A program made the position numbers and the translations under genes. A stretch of 63,999 nucleotides of DNA, filler included, from Globobulimina sp. (Eukaryota), in NCBI GenBank assembly GCA_003354225.1. It is 7 parts of 7 records of this genome, joined end to end, with 100 filler letters (N's around TTAATTAATTAA, not from the genome) between each part and the next. Parts side by side here need not be neighbours in the genome. Positions count along the whole stretch, not along the records: positions 1 to 9,397 come from PIVH01000042.1; positions 9,498 to 18,884 come from PIVH01000043.1; 5 more parts are not named here. One strand, written 5' to 3'. The notes under the pieces are model-generated. The model was not told the DNA's origin. It made no database searches and was given only the letters and a program-made list of their open reading frames with translations. This document shows positions 1 through 11,860 of this stretch, in pieces; position 1 is the stretch's first letter, and each line of letters opens with the position of its first letter.

Positions 1-1442
1 AATCTTGTGTACTGAGCACATCCAAATAATCTTTCTCTAAAAAGCCCAAATCCTCTCTAGCTTCCGCTAATTCTCCTTCTTCCATACCGTGACCGATCAA
101 GTGGTGAACAAAAGCTCTTTGTGAATATAATAAGTCATATTTCTTTGTAGTTCTCTCCGATAGCACTCTCGAAAAAGCAGTATTATTTCCAACCATTGCC
201 ACTATTTTATCGCCAGTCATAATATCAGCACTTTTCAATGATATCAATGGACATTCAATATATTTGACAGATGGCTTATTAGTCGCACTCCAGTCAACAA
301 ACTTAAATTTCACATTGTTTCTCATAAAACGCATACTTTGGTTCACATTCATCATATCCGCATTGATATTGCTTCCTTTATAAAACAATGCCATTGACAT
401 AAATTTATCCTCTTCAACATCATAGCAATCATTTACAGCGCCAAATCGTTGGAAAAAATGCTTATAATTTAAACACTGATCAGTTAGTGCTTGGATATTA
501 TTTTTGAAATTGGCATTTCTTTTATTTCTTTTGTTGATAATCGGAGACAATGACGAAGATAGAAAATGTAATCGAGGAAAAGGAACCATGTCTCTCGCAA
601 AAATGTTCATATCTTCGCCCAAAGCAAATCTGTATTTGGCAGTAATGGTTGATATCAAAGTGCTGCACAAAGCATTATAATGTTTATATTTTGGTGCTTT
701 TATATCCAACATTTGCCTGCAAATCTCATCCAATTTCCAATTATCCAAAATTATGGATATTTCGAGGTGGTCCAATAACCAATGAAAGCATAGTAAGGTG
801 TTATATATTTGAATGATGCTTGTTAGCTTTCTGTCGTCGGGAAACACACAATTCCCAAATTTGCACTTTCTGCGATAATCCACAGCGATCCGCTCCATCA
901 CTAAGGCTCCGGTCCCGGCTCCGCTGCCACCACAGACACTGTGGTTTATTATAAAGCCTTGGATATTTGCACATTCTTCCACCATTAAACGCAATCTGTC
1001 ATTAAATGTGTCAATGAAACACTTACCGGCTGGATGCATATAAATTATATAAAGAGTAAATAAAAGAATTAAATTAAAGAATGTATGAAACAAAACTTGT
1101 GTAATGACCAGCAGCAAAATTATTGCTTACATCTGCTTTGCCGGATATACACATTGAATCTCGCAAAACATTGTTGTAGCGATACAAGGTTTTAGTCATA
1201 TTAATTGAGTATGGATCCAAGTCAAAGAATAAAGCTCTTGCATAGTATTTTCCTTTGGATGTTTCTTGAAATGATACTGATATACTCTCTCCATATTTTG
1301 TTTTACATTCTGCAGAACCACTGGCCGATATTCCTTGTTCCACACAAAGGTGTTCCAATGTTGCTTGGCCTAAATTGACACCACATCCACCAACATTTAC
1401 TGTCACTATTTCACGATTGCGACCTGAGGTTTTGTTTGACAT
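1..1442 (-). CDS. Highly divergent alpha-tubulin, 3' end cut by the window edge; intron 1030-1096
   Basis: REIVTVNVGGCGVNLG start, ARALFFDLDP, NNFAAGHYT. After the GT..AG intron the frame stays open to base 1 and gives QGFIINHSVCGGSGAG, MVPFPRLHF and RAFVHHLIGHGMEEGELAEAREDL. Confidence 0.92.
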
Positions 1443-1554
1443 GGAATGTTACTGAGGTTTTTTTTTCAACGCACAGATAAACGGTATAGTGTCAGTTATT
1501 GCAGCGGCACTCAATGCAGCTGCATTCTCCTAATTACGTCAATTCGCAAGAAAG

Positions 1555-1601
1555 TTAAATCGCCGATTTCATCATTTAAATCGCCGAAATTTAAATCGCC
1601 G
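1555..1601 (+). promoter_or_regulatory. Three copies of TTAAATCGCCG between divergently transcribed genes
   Basis: Copies at 1555-1565, 1576-1586 and 1591-1601, about 30 bp before the ATG at 1632. The first copy overlaps the palindrome AAATCG-C-CGATTT. The regulatory role is inferred. Confidence 0.4.
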
Positions 1602-1631
1602 CAAGACATTTAAACCCATCATTTGACGAAC

Positions 1632-3110
1632 ATGGTAGTAAAAGTAGCATTTGTGGTATCAATAATATTCTTATTTAAAACACAAGCACTGGTCACAGAA
1701 ATAGAAGATGTTACCAGTTTATTCCCAGCAGCTCAAGATGCAGTATCTATTTCAAAAGAGACATTTCAACATATTTTCGAAAAGTATAATGTTTCATTAG
1801 TGCATGGTACAAAAGCAAACACATTGTTACCATTGCTTAGCAGAACAAATTATGAAATGTTAAATGTATTGGATTTATTACAACTGGGTGTTGCCCCAAT
1901 GGTCGGTGAATTAAATGACGGAATACGTTACGATGCTGGTATCAATTTAAAACAATTAGATTTTGTGTCACCATCTGAACAAATGGGATTAGATTATTGG
2001 GATTATGCACGTTCAAATTATGGTATTTGGGCTCAAAGTCACTTAAATAAAGATAGTCAGCTAATTAATACAAGAATATTAAAACTCAAATTGCAAAAGA
2101 TTTGTGATGATATAATTGATGATGATCTAGCTCGAAAAGATGATTTGTTTATAAAATTAAGCATTGCTGTTATTAGACTTGAATTATTTGATATTGATGC
2201 ATTAACATCGGATGGTGCACTCGTTGAAAAAATACAAAAGGCACAGAGAGCGTGTTTAGAATTCATTGGTGCATTTATGAAACGTTTGAGACGTGCAATA
2301 TCAATATGTGATGATTCAGATTTCCAATTACAAGAAGATCGAGTTGTAAACAAAGTTGTTACCGACAAAATTGTAGCATTATTTCAACAAAAGCTTGATG
2401 TAAATCGATTTAGCAACGTAAGTGATTGTAATTTTGATAAAGTTGGAATTAGCGGTAGGAGCAATGGGCACATTAATGACTGGCTGGAGATCATGGCACA
2501 CACTGCACGCAATAGTGCTAGAGGAGGAGATTCCAATCAACAGCAAGAATTTATTCATTTTCATTTGTTAGACACCTTCAAAAGTCCCGCTGCTAATAAA
2601 CATTTGGCTGAATTACCATATACACTGCAGTTAAATGTATGTGAATTTACGATTATGCTGAAGCAATATCCATATATTGTGTTACATTATAAGTATGATC
2701 ACAAAAGAAACCCCATTGACAATATAAGTCGTCATTGGAGAAAGTTATTAGAAAATACATTAGAATTTGAGAGCGAGAGATATGAATTATTACAAAAAGT
2801 AATAATAAGTGAACCTGTTCCTTTGGCAGATTATGAAAAAGAGTTTCTTGTTAATAATGATATTCCAATGGTTGTTGGTATGACAAATCCATTGCCAGTG
2901 GAAGAAAGGAATCATATCAAATTTGGTAAAACTGAGGAGGTTGCTGCTAAATGTATTGATGTTATTGTTGTTGAAAAGAGCAATTTGAAAGCGGTTCAAA
3001 CGTACATTGATAAACATTTTGGATATGATGGAACTTTGAAAATATTAACGTTTGGAAAAGATATACCAAACAATAGCAACCCACACATTACAATGCTCCA
3101 TCAATACTGA
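1632..3110 (+). CDS. Intronless secreted hypothetical protein (~490 aa) with an HGT motif
   Basis: Long ORF with signal-peptide-like N-terminus MVVKVAFVVSIIFLFKTQA and the motif LVHGT...GVAPMVGEL...GIN. Confidence 0.75.
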   Translation: MVVKVAFVVSIIFLFKTQALVTEIEDVTSLFPAAQDAVSISKETFQHIFEKYNVSLVHGTKANTLLPLLSRTNYEMLNVLDLLQLGVAPMVGELNDGIRYDAGINLKQLDFVSPSEQMGLDYWDYARSNYGIWAQSHLNKDSQLINTRILKLKLQKICDDIIDDDLARKDDLFIKLSIAVIRLELFDIDALTSDGALVEKIQKAQRACLEFIGAFMKRLRRAISICDDSDFQLQEDRVVNKVVTDKIVALFQQKLDVNRFSNVSDCNFDKVGISGRSNGHINDWLEIMAHTARNSARGGDSNQQQEFIHFHLLDTFKSPAANKHLAELPYTLQLNVCEFTIMLKQYPYIVLHYKYDHKRNPIDNISRHWRKLLENTLEFESERYELLQKVIISEPVPLADYEKEFLVNNDIPMVVGMTNPLPVEERNHIKFGKTEEVAAKCIDVIVVEKSNLKAVQTYIDKHFGYDGTLKILTFGKDIPNNSNPHITMLHQY

Positions 3111-3280
3111 CAGTATGATCCATTACTTTCAGCCGGAAATAAAGCAATCAAATATTGTTTGTTTGATATTGATTAAAATTTTGTTTTCTGATTTAATTTA
3201 AATTTTGACTTTTGTTTGACAAAAAAACTCAAAGCACAAAAGGCAGGTTTTTCCTGAGTAATACCAAGGTTACGGCCCCT

Positions 3281-3499
3281 GCTCCGCTGCCACCACAGAT
3301 ACTGTGGTTTACTGTAAAGCCTTGGATATTTGCACATTCTTCCACCATTAAACGCAATCTGTCATTAAATGTGTCAATGTAACACTTACCGGCTGGAATG
3401 CCGCTGGATGCATATAAATTATATAAAGTGTACGTTTACAGACAACAAATAAAAGAAAGAATGTATGAAACAAAACTTGAGTAATGACCAGCAGCAAAA
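3281..3499 (-). pseudogene. Partial direct duplicate of the tubulin gene (~918-1119, including its intron)
   Basis: Near-identical to 918-1119 with substitutions and small insertions. No flanking tubulin sequence. Confidence 0.9.
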
Positions 3500-3611
3500 G
3501 AGCATCCGGTTTTCAGCGTCAGATTTTTATTGTTTCTGAGAAACGAAGGCAAACCTATATTATTTTTACCTTTATCAGTCACCAGAAACTGTTTGCTTAC
3601 ACCTTACTGGT

Positions 3612-4118
3612 TTGGGAGCCTACGGAAAAGACACATTGTTGGTGACGACAGATGAGGAGGAAAATAAATTGTTGCAGTACGAAATGCGGCGTTCAACAAA
3701 TAATGAGAATGTAATGAATGTTATGCGCGTGAAAGGAAACGATGCGTTTGGCGATATGTACAATGATGTGACAGGAACCAATGTTGAATATATAAATATG
3801 ATGCTGTCATTGTTAGGAAAAGAAAGAAAAGATATGGATGTGTTGGCGGTTGGGCAGGAATTTGGAACTTGTTTGCTTCAAACGTCAGTGTTGCAAGCTT
3901 TGCGTTTCAGCAATGCAGTGTATTGGGAATATATTAATGCAACAGATATGCATGGAAAGAGTGACATTGTTAATGACGCAGTGTTGAAGGAGTTAGAATT
4001 TATTGTGGGGAACGCTCGAGAAATTGAGAAAAGTACATTTTATGTTGAAGATGTTGAATGGAAAAGAGACGTTGTTCAACGTGGCTTTGTTTTGTTTGCT
4101 TCATTGTTTAAACGGTGA
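3612..4118 (+). CDS. Hypothetical ORF or gene fragment
   Basis: 168-codon open frame with protein-like composition, no clear ATG start and no recognisable motif. Confidence 0.35.
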   Translation: MGAYGKDTLLVTTDEEENKLLQYEMRRSTNNENVMNVMRVKGNDAFGDMYNDVTGTNVEYINMMLSLLGKERKDMDVLAVGQEFGTCLLQTSVLQALRFSNAVYWEYINATDMHGKSDIVNDAVLKELEFIVGNAREIEKSTFYVEDVEWKRDVVQRGFVLFASLFKR

Positions 4119-4201
4119 TGTCATTGTTAAACGTGACTAATTGGAACGTAAAATTCAATCGGGAAATATTGACCGCAGCAACTGTTTCTCGGAAATGTCA
4201 A

Positions 4202-7024
4202 ATGTCGACTTCAGTGTTTTTACTGCCTGTACTGATGTACATGCATGCTAATGATTTGAATGGCAATCGCTGCCACTACAATAGAGAAATAAACTTCTAT
4301 AATACTGTGGAAGCAGCAGGATGTTGGCTATTTCATGAGCCAATAACTGATTTGTTCACATGTATTAGAATCTGCATTGCATTGTATTTGTTGGTGATTG
4401 TAATCTGTTCTTTCATGTATTCATCATCTAATCATAAATACAATTCATATTGGTTCGGTATATACGCAGAATGGGTCCTATTAATCAATGCGTTCGCTGC
4501 GTTATTATCCTCCTATATCACATGTATTATATGGTATAAATATAAATATAAATATCCGCAACAAGCAATGAGTAAACATAACAACGGCAGCTATTCCATT
4601 GCCAACGATTCAGAAGACATTGAATTGGAACTAAAACAACATTTAGGTATAAACTTGCATTCTGATACAGATATAGTTGAGACAATGGACGATGACAACG
4701 ATGATGACATCGACGAAGCACAATTTATGATTAAACAAAGAAATAAATTGAATATTATGAAATTAGATAATATCTCCTATGGTTTAGGGTCATTGCATAA
4801 TTTGTATAACATGGTATTACATATTGGGCTCTCCGCATGTTGTATGTCTTCCATTTCTTACTGGTTTATGGTTGATTACAGTTTGGAGAATATCAACGAT
4901 GACATTGATTGGATTGTTACTATTTTGAATATACAATATTATATTTTTATTGTTGCTATATTATTATTTCAATATTTTGTCACCTTTACGCAGTTGACTT
5001 ATTTTAATGGCACTTTGCAAATATTAACATTTGACGCAGTGTTTTCTCTTTTTATCGTATTGTTTGATATCATACAAAAAGAACCAAGGTCAGCTCAAAA
5101 TAGTTTACACATTTCAGCAGATATTAAGATATAATCCAAATACTGTCCATTTTCTGCATTCTATCATTCTGTGACATAGAACTTTTGTAGAATCCAGAAA
5201 ATGTGGATTGTATCAATTGAAATGTCAGTAAAATCTGTAAATTATTTTGGATATGTTCTGCAAGGATAACGTTTATGGGCATACGCACAGAAAATGACAA
5301 CTTTGACTTTGAATTATTAGCGCTGATATTTATATTTATGAGTGTTCATTTTGGCATTCATTTATTTTTAACATTTGTGAAAAATACATTTTTGATCCAA
5401 TATATTAAGTTATTAAAATATGTGGAAATATTTAACAATAAAAAGTATAGATATTACAATCCAGATATCACACTCAATGACATTATGGATCCATTCGATT
5501 TCGAGCTCTTAGTTGGCGAAGATTTTATAAATGACATAATTATTGAAAAAAAAGCACAGGACAACAATATCGATGATAATATCAATAATTACGAATCGGA
5601 AGGAAGCGACATTGGTTATTCAAGTCATGATTTTCACCGCAAAGACAAACTAAAAAATAACATGAATAAAAAACAAATCATCACAAACATTCTAAAAAAG
5701 AAATGGAAGTCAATAAAATTAAAACAATATCAATATTCAACCATGACAACAGTCGAAAATAATGGCATATCATTTGACGGAGACACCGCAAATAACGCAA
5801 TTAAAATTGTGTTTGGCAGCAATATGCATCAACGCTTTAATGACATGCCAGCGGTGCGAGCATTGACCAGTTATAACCCGCATATTGTCATGTTTCTGGG
5901 CAATAATATTTATGTGGATGAGGCACCGAGAAAATGCGGATTATTAAAGACAATCATCGACGGTATGTAGGTAACGTATAACATATATTTTCTATCATAT
6001 ATACACGTACGCAGATGATACAACATTCGGACATTCCATGAATGCAATGTTCAATTTTTGGAAACTGGACGATATAAAATTGGATCCTTCCACAGAGTAT
6101 CAACGCTTATTGAAGCATAAAGACTTTATTCTGTGCAATCCCGATGATTCATTACCAATTGTTTTAGGTACGTGGAGCAAGCATGATTATGGCGGTCAAA
6201 ACAAAAACGCTGAATACGAAAATAAATACCATTCTAAATCAGCATTCCTATCGTTTTTAGATCGCATTGATTTAAAACATGAGCTGACGAATTATATTGA
6301 CACTATGAAAGCGTCCACTTATCGCGGGATATATTACCACTATGACTATCATTACGTATTTGAGCATGACGATGATATCATTGATGAGCAGGATAAGCAC
6401 ATATTTATTCGCTTTGTAATGTTGGATTTGAAGTTTCATCGCAAAGAGGAAGATATGTTTGGTGTGGATCAATGGATTTGGATCAATAAATTGTTGCAGA
6501 ATACAAAAGAGAGGAAAGATAAACCGGATTGGCACATATTTGCATTCGGTACGCCTTGCTTTGTGGAGAAATTCAATTTAAATGAAAATATGCAATCAGC
6601 AGCAACCTATGTCGCAGGAGATGGTTGTAAGCAGTTTAAATTACCAAATATATTGTCGCCGATTCCGATGTCGGATTACAATGAATGGGATATATTGTCA
6701 AAAAGGAAATTGTTAATGTTAATTAACGAGATTGGCATTGCGAATCGCACGATATTTGTAAGTGGAAATATGAATTATTCGCAGGTGTTGCAAGAGAATG
6801 AATATAAAATCTATGAGTTTGTTAGTTCGTCGTTGACGCATTCAATACCATCCTGTATACCAAACGATTATTATATTAAAAATAAATATGAGTTTAACAC
6901 GGCACAAACTGATGTGTGCAATGTTAATGGTTATGGATATCTCGAAATTGATAAAAATGGTTGGAAGTTTTGTATAAATGATGCTAAAGGAAATGTTCAT
7001 ATTCCTCTATCAAAAAGATTTTAA
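4202..7024 (+). CDS. Multi-pass membrane protein fused to a degenerate PhoD-like (alkaline phosphatase D) domain; introns 5089-5264 and 5963-6014
   Basis: Both GT..AG introns join the three ORFs in frame. Several TM segments in the N-terminal half. PhoD-like motifs IVFGSN, FLGNNIYVD, GTWSKHDYG, FGVDQWIW, VSGNMNYS and YEFVSSSLTHS. Confidence 0.8.
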
Positions 7025-7216
7025 TTTTGTTTTTTTTTGTATTTCTTTTTTCTTAAATTGTTTGTTTCTTTTCTTTTGCTTATTTGTATTTTTTTTCTCA
7101 TTGTCAATGAATGAATGCATAATTATGTGTGTACAATTTAACTTTACTTGAAAGGTTTTCACAGATATCATTTAACTTTCTTAGGATCGAGAAACGTTTT
7201 CCATTTTTATTCTGAA

Positions 7217-8898
7217 ATGGTCGTAAAACAATGCACAGAATTTATAAGGAAATTACTCACAAACTACAGATGGAAGGGATATGTATCGGGAGCAATAGCT
7301 ATGTTGCCACTTTATTTAATTTCACGATATTTGTTTTTAAAAATACGACAAAGATATATCTTAAAATCACGTGCACCAAATGGCCCTATTGGATGGATTC
7401 CATTCTTGAACAGTATACCAATGGTCATATCACATGGCATGGTCGAATTTCATAAAACTATCGTTCATCGATATGGCGTTGTTTGTTCGTATTCAATTGG
7501 CTTATTGCAAATATTATATTCAACGGACCAAAAAAACAAGATACAACATTAGGAAATACAGAATTTCCTCATCCAAAAGGATTTGTTGAGTCGAACCATC
7601 ACAGGAATTTATTTGGAAACAATTTTGTTTCAATTCGAAACCTAAAGCGGTTATTTTCCCACCAATCATTAACTTATAAATATTTAAATATTGGCATCAC
7701 AAAATCGTTGAATAAATTGATATCTAATCAATTAGATAATGAAATAGTTGATGTTGAAGGACTTATCAAACCGTTGCATTTTTCTGTTCTCTGGTATGCC
7801 ATAACCGGTTAAGTCACGTGGGTTAAGTGATATGTTCAGTTTTATTTTAATATTTGTAATGGCAAATCATTATATTTGCAAAGGAGTAAATATAGATTCA
7901 TTGGATGATAAATTATGGACGGATTTCTATGAAATATCGAAACCAGTCTTTAAACAAATTGTTGATAAGAATTATCCAAATTTAATGTTTGGCAGAAAAG
8001 CAAAAAAACTAAATTCAAAGATTAATTTTAATGATAATACGCCATTATTTTCACCGAAATATAAATTATGTTTTTTTATCGATAGATTTATAACAAAACA
8101 CAATAAAAACTTATTGCAAAATAAAAATGCATTTTATGCAAAATTAATGGATCAACATTTTGATAATAACTCATTGGATCAACCCAGAAACGAATATTAT
8201 ACAAAGAATGAATTGTTATTTGATATTTCGACAATGTTGTTTGCGGGAATAGATACAATAAATTCTGTCATGCATTCACTGATAATAAATATTTGTAAAT
8301 ATCAATATATTCAAGAAAGTATTTCTAACGAATTAATAAATATATTTAAAAATAATAATGAAACGTATTTTGATTCAAAAATATTACAAAATGAATTTTA
8401 CGCTTATTTCCGCCATATTCACCCATAATAATTGGAATTATAAGAATTGCAAAAAATGCTATTGCTGTAAATGTAACAGATTCGGAAACACGAATGATTG
8501 CAAAAGGCAGTTCATTCCAAAATAATTTGATTGGAATACATTATAATGATAAATATTGGGGCAATAAAGACGAAGGCATTAAAGCGAATGCATTGTATTT
8601 GAACAATTTCAAAGATTCAAACGGTAATTTTATGAAATCTAAGAATTTATTTACTTTTGGTGCTGGCCCCAGAATGTGTCCTGGAATGCACTTTACATTG
8701 AAAGAAATTTATATATTATTTGCACATTTTATATTTGAATATAAAATGGTATTTGATCCAAATGATGAAAATGTAAAAAATAAACAAATCAACGACATTG
8801 AAATTAAATTAACACATTATCCAAGGACTGGTTCACCGATTCTTTGTGCCGCACCAAATATAAAAGTAAAATTTATCAACAGAAGTAAATATGTTTAG
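7217..8898 (+). CDS. Cytochrome P450 with two 1-nt frameshifts (~7500, ~8396) and an intron near 7808-7883; possible pseudogene or assembly error
   Basis: N-terminal TM anchor then PNGPIGWIPFL, I-helix MLFAGIDT, E-x-LR restored by adding one base at ~8396, heme motif FGAGPRMCPG. Confidence 0.85.
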
Positions 8899-9397
8899 TT
8901 TTCTTAAGTTTTTTAAAAAATAGATGATGATACTTTTTTGTATCTGTGAACAGCTATTGGTTTTAGGCATTTTTTCACATTTCTATCATTATTTATTTAT
9001 CTCTTTTTGAATATTTTTTGTTGTATTATGTAAATTTTTTTTGAACACGGGGGGTAATTAAGGTGGATTGCAATTTAAATAATTATTTGGAAACACTTGT
9101 GTATGATCGTTGAATATATGTTTGTGGAATATCGTCATTTATTTGTGTTTTTGTTTTTTTTCTATAAGATAAGCACGGCCGTAATTTTTTAACACTTTCC
9201 TTTTAGAATCTATCTGATTGATACAACACACACACAATACCAAAAGAGCAAAGCAAGCAAAATGACGAAAGAGTTCGTGTGCTCACTGTGCTGATGCCTA
9301 TAAGTTTGGTCGAAAGCAATTGTCTATTTATCGTTTTTTATACATTCTGAATGCATAAAATAACGTAAACAAAGCAATTAAGTCCAGCACAAACATT

Positions 9398-9497
9398 NNN
9401 NNNNNNNNNNNNNNNNNNNNNNNNNNNNNNNNNNNNNNNNNTTAATTAATTAANNNNNNNNNNNNNNNNNNNNNNNNNNNNNNNNNNNNNNNNNNNN
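9398..9497. other. Artificial contig spacer N44-TTAATTAATTAA-N44
   Basis: The same 100-nt spacer occurs six times; its 12-mer gives stops in all six frames. Confidence 0.98.
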
Positions 9498-10772
9498 GTT
9501 TTCATTTTGATTCGGTGGTTTTTGATTGTGAGCGAGCTGAATAATTATAAATCCAATAATGATACAAACAGCTCCTGCAACAGAATATATATTTATAATG
9601 CTCATCGATATCTTTTCGAATATTACAATGTCCGAAAAGAAAGTGATTGGAATAACTAAAATAAGACCAACCGACATAAAGAGTGCCCCACAAAATGTAA
9701 TGCCACACAATAATGATGCTGTAAATAATAAATCCAAACCACACGGCAACAATATTCCATTTATTAACTCGTCATAATTTGCGGGGAGTTCAAATGTTTC
9801 AATGTTGAAATCATTCAACATCCAAACAAAGGGCCAAAACAATAACATGTTACACAAACCAATACCAGCTTGAAACAACAAAGTATCTGACAATTCGTAG
9901 CCATATCGGAAATATTTATAACCGAAATACTTAAATAATACCTCGAATAAAGCAAAAAGCATCATCGACAATATACATAATATGATGCCAATAAGTGATG
10001 AGGAGGCCGATGACGACGAAGACGAAGGCGTCGAAAATGAAATCAATGCCACTCCGCCTATGGCTATTATGGCAGCAATACATTTCATAAAACCTAATTT
10101 TTCTCCCAATAAAAAGCGCGAATATATTAATACAAAGACACAGTTTGATTGAAAAATGGTGTTATTGACTGACGCCACAGTCTGTGATAAGGACAGGTAC
10201 CAAATGTATCCACTCGCCAAACTGAAGAAATTTACCAATATTAAAGACAAAAAAACATGACATTTGTTTGTTTGATGATTTATAACTAATTCTCCCGCAT
10301 TATGGAAGGATATATTATACGATGCCGGCTGTGATGTACGTTGTAGCTCATTGGGTGGGGATCGCCAATGCGTAAATGTCATATTATTGGCAACTAAGCG
10401 TTTATTGATTGAATAGACACAAATCCACGGAATGATCATTAACGTATAACCTGAATTTACTACAAAACGGATTAAAAATGGTTTATTGTAATTGTTTTGT
10501 TCCGATGACTGTATTACTTCAGACATCATTACCCAGTCAATTACGGCAACTACAATACAGACTAAACCACCAATTAACGAGCAAATATTGTTGTTTCTTT
10601 TATTTTTTTCCACCGCATAATTTTCTGATATTTCAGATATTATCGATATTTCCGATTTGTCATTCTCTTTATCTTTATTACTTTCTATTGGTGTGATAAA
10701 AGTATATTTGGGGAATTGTTTTCCTTTTATATATCCAGGTTCGAGCAATCTAGTTGTTTCAAGAAGGTCCAT
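9498..10772 (-). CDS. EamA/DMT-superfamily (SLC35F-like) transporter, 3' truncated by contig end
   Basis: About 10 TM helices; YNKPFLI, YLSLSQTVASVNNTIFQSNCVFVLIYSRFLLGEKL and ALFMSVGLILVIPI motifs. Confidence 0.85.
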
Positions 10773-11012
10773 TTGATTAAATTGTAAAAGAGAAAAGTTT
10801 TGATAAAAGGTTTTAGTAAGTTTTGAGACAAAAGTTTTTTTATCACACTTTGAGATAATAAAATTTTTATCTTCTTCGTGCAAGGATAGACGGAGAATTG
10901 AAATAGTTTCGTGGGTTTGTTTATTAATAATATTCTGGACTTATTCATGACATTAATCATTAAAAAAATTAAGCAAAACTGACTGATTATAGATGACTGA
11001 GTATTGAGTAAT

Positions 11013-11764
11013 TTAAACAGCTGAATACTGATTCCATCCCGAAAATTTCTTTTTTTTACCCGTTCTTTTATCATTATTTCGATTATAATCCAAATCATAA
11101 TTATCATCCCAATCTGAATCATTACAATTACCCCCGTTTCCATATGGATTTCCATGTTGATTTGCTTCACTTTCACTCATTTGATTCACAGATTCATATT
11201 CTCTCATTTTCCATTTTGTAAATGATCCCTTAATAAAACATATAAATATAAATAATAATATGCACGAACCAATCAACGTGACATAAACCGCTGTATTGCT
11301 ATCATTGCCATCATCCATTTCCATATCAATTACGTTTGCTGCTGCTTCTTGAGTTGAGAATGGCATATTATTTGGATTTCCTTCGTCTGAAATACCATAT
11401 TTATGTTCGTATCGTTGTGCAACTTTTTCCCAATGCGCTTTATCATGGTCTTCCATGCATTTTGAAAAATCCCTCTGTGACTCTTCCACTTCGAATAAAC
11501 AATGACAAAATATGTTCCTTTCTTGCGTTTCATCATTTTCATCATTAGCACCTTTAATTTTATTTTTAATTTGCAGTTCTTTTTAATTTAATATCATTTT
11601 ATATGCCGATATAGATACATTTTACCTGCAGACGGAGCTGTTGTCGTTGATAATGTGCTACATTCCGTTTGATACATTAAATTGATATCATAGTTTGTTA
11701 ATGTTATAGACATTGCTTCCGATTCTAAAACTAATACAACAGCAAATAATGATACTAACGTCAT
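11013..11764 (-). CDS. Type I membrane protein of unknown function, one intron near 11552-11624
   Basis: Signal peptide MTLVSLFAVVLVLESEA, single TM AVYVTLIGSCILLFIFICFI, and a GTAAAA..TAAAG intron linking the two ORFs. Confidence 0.65.
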
Positions 11765-11860
11765 GCTTCCTAGCATAAAGCCAAAGTCGATGTTTTTTGT
11801 TGCATTAATCCTTGCACTCAAGTAACAACAAAACCGTTTATACATACAAGACACAAGCAG

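Noticed and set aside
9222-9292. CA-rich stretch with AAAAGAGCA as another foldback copy
   Set aside because: Similarity is too short and low in complexity, and there is no core sequence.
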